Numbered from the whole stretch's first letter, positions 1 through 11,401 are shown. The stretch: DNA of 62,063 nt, filler included, from Nemertoderma westbladi (GCA_032718475.1; 3 parts of 3 records of this genome joined end to end with filler, not necessarily neighbours in it); one strand, 5' to 3'. Notes: generated by a model from the letters alone, not told the origin. Numbers and translations: made by a program.

Positions 1-59
1 ATAACAACTCGCTGTTATTACTAACGGCGTTGAGTAATGTTACAATTTTGGAATAAAGA

Positions 60-193
60 TCATCTACATAATTGAGCTTGATGGTAACGAATGGCAAATA
101 TAATTAACATAATTGAGGTTGCTGGTATAACGAATGAAGTGTTATTCACCAGCGGTAATGTAGTGGATGACACAAATAAAATGTTTCGAAGGT
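60..193 (-). CDS. Possible terminal exon of the tandem-LamG gene with a hydrophobic tail (TM or GPI signal)
   Basis: Weak acceptor ctaaag| at 195-194. Phase-1 reading gives xLRNILFVSSTTLPLVNNTSFVIPATSIMLIIFAIRYHQAQLCR*; the phase matches the upstream LamG exon. No other support. Confidence 0.3.
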
Positions 194-475
194 CTTTAGA
201 TGGTTAATTATTTTAATAAGCAATAAAGTATATTATTATTAAAGAGTAAAATTTTCGACCTACTGGTCTGCATCATTCTTTGTACTTACTCCTTTGCAAG
301 TTTGTTTGACTTAGCAAGTACATTGACTGATTGCTTATGTTTTTTTACGTTTATTGCTTATGAATATCTTCTTATAATCTAATCTATATAATCTAATATT
401 ATTCTTATCTATCTGGCCAATGTGGGTCCAATGCCAATCAGGCTGAGAATACAAGCTCAAAGCATTTTACCATAC

Positions 476-496
476 CTGTTGTCTTAGTAACCGTAT
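476..496 (-). CDS. Possible 21-nt phase-1 microexon (TVTKTT linker) of the LamG gene
   Basis: Minus strand reads cag|ATACGGTTACTAAGACAACAG|gtatg; frame-preserving. The polypyrimidine tract is weak. Confidence 0.25.
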
Positions 497-705
497 CTGT
501 TTCCTTGACACGTAATGGGAAAATTTATTTTATATTTTAAACTATTAACTTAATCAATATTAGTTAACCCCGATACAGCATGAAAGAAAGTTAAGAAATG
601 GTAAAACGGTATTTGAAAGAATAATTATGTTCAAACGATATGGCCCGGTGATTATGAAAATTGAATGATTATCATGATTATTATATATTATAGACATAAA
701 CTTAC

Positions 706-1359
706 TTTTCGGTGAGGTATGTAGTTCCCCATATGTTGCTTCCAGTTCTTCTACTGAAAGATAGCAGCTGTAGAACCGTGCATGAGCAATGTGTCCTGGA
801 AATGCATGTCCACCTTGAAGAAATTTCCCCAAAGTTAGATCTCCATACATATCCACTGGATTCCTTTCTGTGTTCACTTGTTCAACCTCTCTTCTTATAT
901 GGTAATCACTTCCAACACGTCGACTGTATATAAACTGTTGCCTATTATCTTGACTTCTTCCGATCGCAACCATATGCCATTCATCAAGGGTGATAGCATT
1001 ATCAACTTGTTGTCCAGGAACACCACCAACTACTGGATTATACCACAAGGAGGTTGCATGAGGGTGAGTCCAGAAATGTGAACCCCTTGCTGAACTGGTG
1101 CCATATTCATATATCGGTGCATGTCCCCCTCCTCCCCGCTTCACAAACATCAACATCGTGAATGTCTCTGAGGTTAATTCACCCGACCCATGATCTATTG
1201 CGACATACCCATGTCTAACATCCATTGCATGGTTTTCAACTCCCCCTGGCCCAGGCACATATCTTATAGCTCCATGTATTCTTCCATCATGTATTCCTAG
1301 TTTATCATCACCACGGTCTTGTTCATTGAGAGCCCACCATGAGTCAAAATTACATTTAT
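706..1359 (-). CDS. Exon encoding LamG-like / concanavalin-A-like jellyroll domain (repeat 2)
   Basis: tttcag| acceptor at 1361-1360 and |gtaag donor at 705-704; 654 nt, phase 1-1. Motifs CxxDSWWAL, FTMLMFVK, WHMVAI, LTLG, FPGHIAHARFYSCYLSxEE fit the Laminin_G_3/pentraxin-like fold. Confidence 0.8.
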
Positions 1360-2727
1360 CTGAAATAGACAAACTTATATTTATTATTGGGGTTTACGAA
1401 TAAATAATTAATTAATATGATGATGATGATGATGAATATAAATGTGATGGATAGAATTGAATGTTGTCTGTACTATTAAACTCTTCAGTTGTTAGATTAA
1501 ACATCATTAGATTATATTATTGCTTCTAAAAATAGATTAAGTGGGCCTTTAGATCCCCCTCAGTGGCCTCAGAGACGATATCCATTAAGTATCTGATTGT
1601 CATTCAGATCAACTGGATATCTCACCATCTTCATGGTATTACAGCATCATCAATATTGTCATTTTCAGTATCTGGCTTATATATTGCTATCAGGCAGTTA
1701 AACATTAAACCCAGTAGTCAGTCATCCCATGGCATTATTGTGTTTGCCAGCCCGCATACCAGAGAAGCCTCAGCCTCATGAAGGCGAGCACTGTATGCCC
1801 CATAAAGCAGTTATCCTGCCAGTTTGTGGAATCACAACTACCTGTACGCCTACCACTACTGCCCTGGATCCAGCCCGTTACCTACTCACCATATGACAGG
1901 TGTTAGCATGGTAGGTGTGATAATTGGAAATCGCTCTGGTGCTGGATCAATCAAGCATTTTCACCTGATGTAGTGGCTTCTGGATGGTTGCTGCTAATAA
2001 GTCATCCCCTTGTCTACCTTTCCTTTTGTTATTATCTCATCATCTAGATCTAGATCCCCCCCCCCCCCCCACCCATCCTCCTACGCCCAGTAACCCGTCT
2101 CACTGCTGAACAGACTTTCTCTACAATCATTAATTTTGTTACATTATGTCAACTTAACAGCGTTCTGGTGAATTACTCGTAACGCTGCAAAGTACTACAG
2201 CGTTGCGGCCTATAGGACGGAACGCTGCAAAGTAACCAATTACATGGAATCAACTTAAACCACCGAATTCCAGAATGTATTATTTCCATTTATATTAATG
2301 CGTGCTTCTTTATTCAATAAAGCAGCACGTGTTTGCATAATGCATGCGTCTAGTTTGAAGTGATGGGACTAGTTATTACTGTAAGTAAATAATTGTTTAA
2401 CATGTAAGACTGTATTCAATACGTCCTATAGAAGACATTTTAGAGAAAACGTGCAAAGAAAATATGGCGACAGTGTTCAGTAAAACTGAACGAACACAGT
2501 CAGCGACTCAGTTTGCTTCAGTCGACAATGGATCAAAGATTTATCACATCCATGCAGGAGATAACAACAATAAACTTTAATTAGATATAAATGTATAATT
2601 AATACTGTGTACCTGTTAATAAATTTCACTTATATTCGAAATAGTACATGATTAAAATGTTTAAATGAGCATCCATAAAATCCTTTCTTCACGCTGAAAA
2701 GTTGACACAATGTAACAAAATTACATT

Positions 2728-2870
2728 CATCATTGTGTGCAAAGGTCACCTTTCAGCGTTAAAGACCCTTGTTGATTTATGTAAACCTCCCTCGCTGCGC
2801 TCGCTCGGTACATAAATAAACTCGGGTAATAACGCTGCAAAGTGCTACATTGCCTTTGCACACAATGATG
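2728..2870. repeat. Hairpin-rich repeat end: 18-bp inverted repeat around a cctcgctgcgctcgctcgg motif
   Basis: catcattgtgtgcaaagg (2728-2745) and cctttgcacacaatgatg (2853-2870). The motif aacgctgcaaagt also recurs near 2181, 2221 and 2831. Confidence 0.55.
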
Positions 2871-2885
2871 TGAATAGTTATAGTA

Positions 2886-2957
2886 AATAACCGGATTGTG
2901 TGCTCCTCACCGTCAACTTAGATAAGTTGACGGTGAGGAGCACACTATCCGGTTATT
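2886..2957. repeat. Near-perfect 72-bp palindrome
   Basis: 35-bp arms (aataaccggattgtgtgctcctcaccgtcaactta and its reverse complement with one mismatch) around a 2-nt loop. Confidence 0.9.
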
Positions 2958-2959
2958 AG

Positions 2960-3216
2960 TTTGCCGTGCCACCTATATATTAAATATAATTCTATTTAGA
3001 TTGTAATATACTCTACGGGTACGTACAATTAAATTTTTTATACTAGCTAGTTTTTTTTTTTTTTAACTTTTTAACTTTACTTTTTTTAACTTTAATTTTT
3101 TTTTAATGTTCTAGAACATATTATCTATTCATTTAAAATAAAAATTATTTTGTTCTAGAACAAATATTTTAAGATCATTTTATTATATCAAAAAATTGCT
3201 ATAATGGCACGGCAAA
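2960..3216. mobile_element. Probable MITE
   Basis: 12-bp inverted termini tttgccgtgcca / tggcacggcaaa; AT-rich interior with the gttctagaaca motif seen in other TIR elements in this window. Confidence 0.45.
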
Positions 3217-3588
3217 GAGTCCCAACTTATCTTGCTTGGCCTCTAAAATGAATTATCTTGAACTGATCTTGAACTTGATCTTGAATTTTTTCCTAGATAA
3301 AGCTATAAACGTATCTATAATATCTGAGTTATTCAGTATGGTTTATTCCACTTGGCTGATGAAATCGACCTTAGTACCATGCTTTACTCCATGCAAGACA
3401 AGCTTTCTTTCAACCTCTTCATTCAATATGGAGAGAAAACTACGGCCGATAGGACCTCCAGGAACTGTGTACAGGAAAATATCTAATCTATTTACCAATT
3501 GAGGTTATTGAAGTCCCAGTGGGGTAACGTAATCGTAGTAAAATTATAATAATTAGCGCGAATGAAAAGAATGCCATAATTAATTAAG

Positions 3589-3628
3589 CGGAACGTTTCG
3601 ATTTATTACATTAAACCATCATCAGCCA
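3589..3628 (-). ncRNA. Minimal type-I hammerhead ribozyme motif (inverted pLTR copy)
   Basis: Exact reverse complement of 4431-4470. Confidence 0.65.
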
Positions 3629-4430
3629 AATACTACAGTAAGATACATAAAGTTTAAATTACATTCTAAATTATTAATATTACTGCAAAATATGTGAAAA
3701 CATTACAATACGAGAAGATATAGGAGCCTAACTACTTGCATACGTAATACTGAATTAAGTAAAATAGTGCACGGTAAAATCATGAAATCAGACAACTAAA
3801 TTGATAATGAGTACAACACCAATATTAATTAATACATACTGTATAATACTGTAGATACGGTCTATGTAGTGTGTGTAGTTTTTAGAACAATAGTAAATAG
3901 TAAAGTAAATCGGTAAAACCGAGCGTCACTACAAAGCAAGGATCAGCGAACACTTGGGAGTTTCCCCTCGAACAGGAAAAACTTCAGCCTCTCCCAAACA
4001 CTCCACTGTACGAGAACACGCCCTAGACGAGGATCACACCTTCAATTACAATGACTTCTCAATAATAGGTAGAGCTGATACTAATTACGACCTATTAATT
4101 AAAGAAAGCCTAGTTATCTCCCGCCACAGACCTACTCTAAATATTCAGGGAACCTCATTCCCTTTACTATTGTTCTAAAAACTACACACACTACATAGAC
4201 CGTATCTACAGTACTATACAGTATGTATTAATTAATATTGGTGTTGTACTCATTATCAATTTAGTTGTCTGATTTCATGATTTTACCGTGCACTATTTTA
4301 CTTAATTCAGTATTACGTATGCAAGTAGTTAGGCTCCTATATCTTCTCGTATTGTAATGTTTTCACATATTTTGCAGTAATATTAATAATTTAGAATGTA
4401 ATTTAAACTTTATGTATCTTACTGTAGTAT

Positions 4431-4470
4431 TGGCTGATGATGGTTTAATGTAATAAATCGAAACGTTCCG
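4431..4470 (+). ncRNA. Minimal type-I hammerhead ribozyme motif in the PLE pLTR
   Basis: UGG-CUGAUGA-U-GGUUUA(AUGUAA)UAAAUC-GAAA-CG-UU-CCG: both conserved boxes, a 6-bp stem II, palindromic AACGUU in place of stem III, and a 3-bp stem I. Minimal hammerheads are established in PLE pLTRs. Confidence 0.7.
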
Positions 4471-4636
4471 CTTAATTAATTATGGCATTCTTTTCATTCG
4501 CGCTAATTATTATAATTTTACTATTTACCAATTGTTTCATTTAGTGCCATCGCTGTAATGCATTAGGAAAATAACACTATTATAATTAGTACTGGTACAG
4601 TAATAATGATGTTATTAATGGTTTAGCTAAACCAAC

Positions 4637-5293
4637 CTTTTGTTCCATGATGTGATAGTTCTTCAAAAGTGTCCTCAAGTTCTTCCTCTGATAGATAACA
4701 ACTGTAGAACCTAGCATGAGCAATGTATCCAGGAAATGCATTGCCGCCTTGAAGAAATTTCCCCAATGTAAGATCCCCTGTCAAATCAACTGGACATCTC
4801 TCAGTATTCTTTGTTTCAATCTCCTTTCTGATTTGAACATCAGTACCAACACGACGACTGTAAAGAAACTGCTGCCTATTTTCTTGACTTCTTCCAATGG
4901 CAACCATATGCCATTCATCATGGATGATAGCATGAGCGAACTCTTGTCCATCAACACCACCAACCATTGGGTTATACCACAAGGAGGTGCTGGCACCATG
5001 ATTCCATAAATGTGAACCCCGTGATGAACTCGTTCCATATTCATATATCGGCGCATGATGTCCACCTCCCCTTTTCACAAACAACAACATTGTGAATGTT
5101 TCGGAGGTTAATTCATTTGACTCATGTGAGATAGAGACATAACCATGTTGAAATCCCATTGCTTGGTCTTCAATTCCCCCAGGTCCTGGACCATATTTTA
5201 CAGCACCGTGCAATATTCCATTGAATTTGCCTTGTTTTTCATTACCATGATCATCATAGTTTAATGGCCACCATGAGTCATGACTGCAATCAT
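4637..5293 (-). CDS. Exon encoding LamG-like / concanavalin-A-like jellyroll domain (repeat 1)
   Basis: ttttag| acceptor at 5295-5294 and |gttgg donor at 4636-4635; 657 nt, phase 1-1. Clearly paralogous to 706-1359 (ELTSETFTML, HAPIYEYGTSS, IAHARFYSCYLS). Confidence 0.8.
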
Positions 5294-5431
5294 CTAAAAT
5301 AGAGTATTTTTGTCAAAATATAATTGGTATAAAACATTCTATATCTTTAACCCTATTAGTACCGGGCAATAAATGTTGTACAAATACCGGGGGGGGGGGG
5401 GGGTCATAGTGACCCCCCCCCCCCCCCCTGG

Positions 5432-5560
5432 GCCTCTTGGTCCTCTGAAAGCAATGTCCTGCAGAACGGATGCGGCTTTGTTCAAGTGTGAAGCTTGGGG
5501 GAACCAATGAGACACCTCCAATGTTAAACAGTGTCTGGTTGGAGATGTTTGCGTTGTACT
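5432..5560 (-). mobile_element. RTE-like LINE family A fragment
   Basis: Reads VPPSFTLEQSRIRSAGHCF; homologous to the copies at 25790-25920 and 49180-49300. Confidence 0.7.
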
Positions 5561-5859
5561 TTATTATTGGTATTATGGCTAAATGAGTGGTTTCATATTA
5601 TTATAAATTTTTGTTAGGCACAGCTTTTGCAAAGTCGACCAAGTACTGTAGACGGTCAAGTAGACGGCCAAGTACTGTAGGGTTGAGCACAATGGCTGCA
5701 TACGATGGTATTAAAAGATGGGAGGCCATGAGGAGGTAAATTGCGGACATACAAGGTATCAGATAGTATTTCCAGGCCTATCTTTTAGCTGAGCCGATAG
5801 CTGAATGGTTAGAACATCAGACTTCCAAATTTAGGAAGCTTAGATAGAAGGGAACTTTA

Positions 5860-6140
5860 GATAGCAATTTTGTCGACAAGCCGCCACAGCATTCTTAAAA
5901 ATGCAGCTGCAATGCAGCATGCCGATACTAGTAGTAGTAGTTCCAAATTTCAAAAGCTGCGCCCAACAAAAAGTTATAATTCATTGTACTTGACACAGTG
6001 AATCCAGCATAACATTATTGTGTAATGTGCCATTCAGAGATTTAGTGTACCCAGCAGTTAGAGCCAGGCATGGACTTCCATAGAGGAGTACTGGTACTAC
6101 TGCTGCTCTAAATAATCGTACCTTATTGGACCAATAGGTG
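5860..6140 (-). mobile_element. RTE-like LINE family A pieces (minus-strand RT C-terminal piece; a plus-oriented 3' end with (TAG)n tail at ~5860-5941)
   Basis: KVRLFRAAVVPVLLYGSPC on the minus strand. gcaattttgtcgacaagccg...ctagtagtagtag at 5863-5941 matches 26070-26151. Confidence 0.65.
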
Positions 6141-6599
6141 GTGTTACAATCACCCATCGTCATTATGATGATCTAAGGACATGCATAGAACATAGTCACA
6201 AGTCATAATCACAATTATGAATACAAATGTGCAAGAGTGTCACCCTCGAGGAATTTAATTATATTGTATAACTTTTCAGCAATCAAAATCAACGATATTA
6301 CCCGAAAAGATCCATAGAATCTTAGGCTGCGTTCTTGGGGGGTCTGCTACTAACTTATTTGTTTTCATTTCTTATGAGACTCCCTTTATTCTCTACATAA
6401 CAAGTCTATTATGATGGGGTAAATGAGCTCCAAACTCTCTGGTATTTTGAAGACTTCATGTGGGATACAGCTACTTCACGGGCATTGAATTCTTTGCAGC
6501 AACCTTCACTTCAATAAAAGATAATTGCCGATGGGAATAGCTGGGAGTGCATACTCGGAAACTCTTACTTCTATAAAGTTATAAGTTGCCCTGTCATTA

Positions 6600-7335
6600 T
6601 TGAGAAACTTTTCAAAGTTGAATAGGCTTACTAGGATTTGGAAGTCACATGGAATTAATCAGAAATTTAAGGTCCAATTATTTAGAGCAGCAGTTATTCC
6701 AGTACTCCTCTACGGGAGTCCATGCTGGGCTCTAACTGCTGAGGACACCAAATCTCTGGATGGCACATTCACAAGAATGCTCACTGGGTTCACTGTGTCA
6801 AGTACAATGCACACATCTCCAACCAGACACTATATAACATTGGAGGTGTCTAATTGGTTCCCCAAGCTTAACACTAGAACCACCGCCTCGGGAAATTTTC
6901 CCCGGGAGCTGACTCGGCAAAAAAGCACCCCCAACCCCCACTATGGATTACATTAGTAATGCCGAGGTCCGGCCACTAGAGGCCAGTGAAATTACTGGAC
7001 ACAATTTGCCTCACAGGCCTCAGTTATCTCCTGACCGGCTGCCTGTCTCACCCCCTTCTGGAGAGAGAGTGGCCAACACTTATGTGAGTCCCTTTCCTGA
7101 TGACCATTCTGGCACAAACCCTGGGTCACCAGGGAGGCCAGATTGTGAAGGGGAGTTTGAGGCTACTCCCATGTTCCGCCCCGACCAACCAAGCCATTGG
7201 TGAATCTGAAGCAAATCACTAGACTAGCCTCAGTTAACACCATAACACTCAGGTCCCCAATGCGTCAAGGTGAGCTGACTGCCTTGGCAGATAGGCTTTC
7301 TCTTAGCCCAATGGGTATTGAAGAGCACCGCATGA
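6600..7335 (+). mobile_element. RTE-like LINE fragments: RT C-terminal piece followed by 5' region and start of the AP endonuclease
   Basis: KVQLFRAAVIPVLLYGSPCWALT; then RLASVNTITLRSP...GIEEHR (APE N-terminal motifs), homologous to 16610-16761. Confidence 0.75.
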
Positions 7336-7700
7336 ACCTTCCCGCGCAAAAATTGTCTGTGAGAAAGTCTGTCAGTATATATCTATCAACAAGAAAGCAT
7401 AAAACCGTGCTAAGAATTTTGCTATGGGGGTTTTCCTGGTCGCTGATTTCAATTCTGAGGTCAGTTTTCAATTTTAATGAAATCTAGTTTGTCTGTATGT
7501 CTGTCTGTCGGTCTTTCTGACCATCCGACTTTTTTATTGACGGACAGACATACTGACGGACAACCCGACAGTAAAACGGACAGACAGCAATATCTCGAGA
7601 AGTAGGACAGATCTTGCTAAACGGTTTTCAAATTTGAAATCTTGATAAAAATCTGCTCTAGATGAAATTAAAAAAATTTGTTGCAAAAAATTATTGAAGT
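7335..7700 (+). repeat. Dispersed non-coding repeat (second copy at 25428-26227)
   Basis: aaccttcccgcgcaaaaa...gctatggggg...ctgtctgtcggtctttct is shared with the copy at 25428-26227. Confidence 0.65.
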
Positions 7701-7715
7701 AGCGCTACCGGGGCC

Positions 7716-8750
7716 TTAATGCCGACCTGGCTAATGTTTTTGATTGGGGCAAAAAATGGTTAGTCACATATAACGCTTCAAAAACTGAGGCAATGTTGGT
7801 CTCACACAAACAGGTTAGGCATATTTAACATGGTATCCTTTATTTGAATAATGACATAATTGAAGAAGTTGAGAGTCATAAACATCTTGGGTGTACTATA
7901 TCGTCTGATTTAACATGGGATGCTCATATTAAAAATATTATTACTAAAGCTTCGCTTAAACTAAATATGTTGCGCGCTGTTAAATATAAAGTAGATAGGG
8001 CAGCACTTCTCAAAATATATGTGGCGTTTATTCGTTCTGGTCTGGATTATGCAGGGCCAGTGTGGGACACTTGTTCTAACGAACTAAAGTATAAACTGGA
8101 GCTGATACATAAGGAAGCCATTAGGATAATATGTCGATTAATCATTTCTTGTTCAACTGTCAATTTATATACTGAATCTGGAATATCGACCCTACAAAAT
8201 AGAAGGACAATTCAAAAATTAAGTATTCTATATAAAATGACATATATACGTAATGCAACATCTGCATGACATATATACGTAATGCAACATCTGCTAATAG
8301 TTTTAAAAATTTAGCAAGTAATCACCTTTACCCATCCGCAGCAGTGCCATCATACTACTTGCTCGGTAGCCCGAAAATTAACGGCCTGCTTGCTCTTATG
8401 CGAAGCATCTTTTCATCTTTAAATGACGACTTATTTCGTGCAAAGGTTACTAGTTATAGAACTTGTGGGTGCGGCCATCCCTGCGAAGATGTGTACCACT
8501 ATTTTATGGAATGCACGCGGTACACTAGCCCTCGATTGGTACTTAATCAGTCCATGTTACAACTTGACCTCCGTTTTTCGGTTCATGATATCTTACATGG
8601 ACCTACTGGCAGCCCCAGCACCGTTGCATCTAAAACACCTGTCCTTATTTCGGCTGTCGCAACTTTTATCGAGGCAACCAACAGGTTTAATTCGCTGGGT
8701 TACTAATATTCTTTATTTTTTCATTTTCTTTTTTTTCTCCCAGTCAGAAT
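7716..8750 (+). mobile_element. CR1/L2-group LINE 3' fragment (RT thumb and C-terminal Cys/His region), degraded
   Basis: LNADLANVFDWGKKWLVTYNASKT; VESHKHLGCTISSDLTWDAHI; IRSGLDYAGPVW; CGCGHPCEDVYHYFMEC. Contains a stop, a frameshift and a 29-bp tandem duplication at 8237-8294. Confidence 0.8.
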
Positions 8751-8833
8751 ATTTTATCTTGCTTTTCGTATTTTACTAAGAAGTGGTTGATGGTGGTGTG
8801 GCATATCTTGTCAAATTATTCAAAAATTGCAGT

Positions 8834-9978
8834 AGTGAAACTAGAAGCCGTTTATTTTACCATAACATGGTTGAGATTAATACGGTATACCTACCCTACC
8901 GCGTCACATAATTATATAATATCTGTAATAATATAATACAGTAAAGTTTACTATTTACGTAAGTGTCTATGTTTACAATAAATAATTAAAGTAGATCAAA
9001 TTATTACTTATACTTAAATGATAAAATAAATTAAAAGGTTCAGTAAAAGTGTAGGAATATAAATAAAAGTTGAGTAATTATTGTGATGGAATCAATGAGT
9101 TTAGGTGGCAAGCAAGCTCTAGCGGTGTATAAGAGGTATTCATCAGTGAGTTGCAGTCCCAGACGTGCGAGACATCGTCGGCTGGTTTATGACACAAATC
9201 GCAGATGCAGGTTAGTGCTGGCCTCCAGCAGTTGCGGGACTGACATATATGGTGATTATTAAAGTAAATTAAAGGAAGAACAGGAGTCATATATGGTCAT
9301 ATATGGTGATGATATCCATTAGACAGGAGCTGGGCGGCCATGCGGCGCCGTTTTCCAGCAAGATTTGTGAGGGATATACGGCTCTGGTTGGGGTGGTCTA
9401 CCGCCTCCAAGATGTTGGAAGTTGAGCTAAACTTACTCAAACCACACCACAGCTTCCAACAGAAGCCGCGGGCTTTAATAATTTGGATTCGTTGTAGAAC
9501 TGTTGGAGCTGAAGATAATACACCCATACGTTACTGAGGGTAGTATTACACAATCCCACAGTTTTTTAGCTGATTCGAGCGATAATTGATGGAGATCGAT
9601 TTTTGTCGCTAGCCTCATACATGAAGCGATCCCACGCTTTTGGAGGTATGAATAATGTCCTGACGCGCCATTTTTAGTGTTAAGCACCACAGCAAGGTAA
9701 TTGAAATTATTCACCCACTCAATCGGCTGCCCCTTATACTGCAATGTATCGTGTTTAGATAACCGTCCCCCTCTGCGGAATTTTATGGCTTTGGTCTTCC
9801 GGAGATTCACGTTTAGTCCATTGTTGTCACTATACTCGGCTAGTTTATCAAGTGCTTGCTGTACTGAATCAATTGAGTTGCCGTATATGGCCAAGTCATC
9901 AGCGTAGAGGAGCAACCCTATCCTGTCAGGACTAGCGGTAAGTCGGCGAGGAACAAGCTGAAGAGAAGCTTAAGAGAA
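8834..9978 (-). mobile_element. 5'-truncated non-LTR retrotransposon (RT domain, YADD) between ~70-bp direct repeats
   Basis: LLYADDLAIY...GLNVNLRKTKAIKFRRGG...FNYL; C-terminal CICDLC...HVWDC. Direct repeats at 8761-8833 and 9979-10048. Confidence 0.8.
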
Positions 9979-10499
9979 GCTTTTCGTATTTTACTAAGAA
10001 GTGGGTGATGGTGTGGCATATCTTGTCAAATTATTCAAAAATTGCAGTGCAATGTTATTGTGCACCACTCAATCGTGATTCGTGGTTATTTTCCCAGGTG
10101 AAGACTTAACACATTATACACATTATTATACACAACCTCTTATTTTCGTCATACCTTGCTTAAAAGCACCTTTGTGACACCAGCGACTTAATGCGGCGAG
10201 CGGGTCGGGTTTCTCCCCCTTCAGGGTGGGATGGATGTGGGTGCAGCGGGAATGGCAGCGGGTTTCTGGGGGGGGGGGGGGGGGGGGGCAGTGTGTATTG
10301 TATGGGTGTATCGAGTGTGTATTGTATGGGGCTATGTGCATGGTAAGTGTATTGTAACTGTATAGTATTAAGTGTTACTTACGTTTATGTATATCATTTA
10401 TATATTGTATATTTGTATTCCGTGCCTTACCTGTTTGTAATTATTCTGGCCGAGACGATTCCACATTGGAAAAATATGCATTATATTATAATAACTTAC

Positions 10500-10554
10500 C
10501 TGATTGAATACATTGAATGTAATAAAACAGTAGAAGTACTATTAATGACTTCAT
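10500..10554 (-). CDS. Signal-peptide exon of the tandem-LamG gene
   Basis: ATG AAG TCA... = MKSLIVLLLFYYIQCIQS + G|gtaag (phase 1), joining in frame to the exon starting at 5293. An upstream ttttag acceptor lies near 10591. Confidence 0.7.
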
Positions 10555-10696
10555 CGTGTACTTCTTTAATGGGTCATGAATCTTTGCTTCTAAAATCACC
10601 AAATCTAAATAAATAAGATTGAGAACATGTAATGTCAATCAGATTTAGCTTGCACTCCTTAGGTGCAAGGGTGATGGGTGGTGATGAAAGGATTCC

Positions 10697-10960
10697 ACCT
10701 TGGTGTAGTGGTTGCATTGAATTCACATCTCCTCTAGGTCGTGGGTTCGATCCTCACATGGACCAGGTCGGTACGAATGCTTTAAAGGGATCAGCCAGGG
10801 CGCATCTGCCTTGCATCCTGAAGTGGTAGCTAAATGAGTACTATAGTTTCCTCTGGGGAGTAAAGTTCTGGGGGGACCGCACTGGAAATAAGTCGTCAGA
10901 CTTTGTGCGTAATCCCTGGCCAAGCGGCCGAAGAAAATTTACTTTTACTTTTACTTTTTG
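10697..10960 (+). mobile_element. tRNA-derived SINE
   Basis: Pol III A box TGGTGTAGTGG (10701), B box GGTTCGATCC (10745), 3' (TTTAC)n tail. Related 3' fragments at 11400-11517 and 51671-51725. Confidence 0.8.
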
Positions 10961-11121
10961 GTTCCCAATTCAATGCTGTGACTACGACGCGAATACTATT
11001 CTTTACAATATAGGGAGGCAAGGCTTCAACACAATTACTGAGCTTCAGGACAGGCTAACTAGGGAATGTACTCAACTTCTAGTGATAGACCAAATGATAA
11101 TACCGACGGAGGGATAGACTT

Positions 11122-11401
11122 AGCAGTAAGTAGAGGCAACGTAAAGTATAGTGTAAGGTGTATAGCTCATAGGTGCCTGCAGGAAATGCAGCAGTAAGTA
11201 GAGGCAACGTAAGGTATAGTGCAAGGTGTATAGCTCATAGGTGCCTGCAGGAAATGCAGCAGTAAGTAGAGGCAACGTAAGGTATAGTGCAAGGTGTATA
11301 GCTCATAGGTGCCTGCAGGAAATGCAGCAGTAAGTAGAGGCAACGTAAGGTATAGTGCAAGGTGTATAGCTCATAGGTGCCTGCAGGAAATGCAGCAGTA
11401 A
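11122..11401. repeat. 68-bp tandem repeat, ~4 copies
   Basis: agcagtaagtagaggcaacg... starts at 11122, 11190, 11258 and 11326. Confidence 0.95.

Larger units (their letters stand above)
3502..4523 (+). mobile_element. 5'-truncated Penelope-like element: inverted pLTR, GIY-YIG endonuclease remnant, pLTR
   Basis: 3909-4178 reads IGKTERHYKARISEHL...VREHA...LLIKESLVISRHRPTLN, a PLE GIY-YIG C-terminus. ~360-bp near-perfect inverted repeat at 3536-3897 / 4163-4523. Direct repeat ctatttaccaattg at 3488-3501 and 4521-4534 (TSD). Confidence 0.85.

Noticed and set aside
10697-10770. tRNA gene
   Set aside because: A and B boxes are present but there is no convincing cloverleaf, and it continues into a SINE body and tail.
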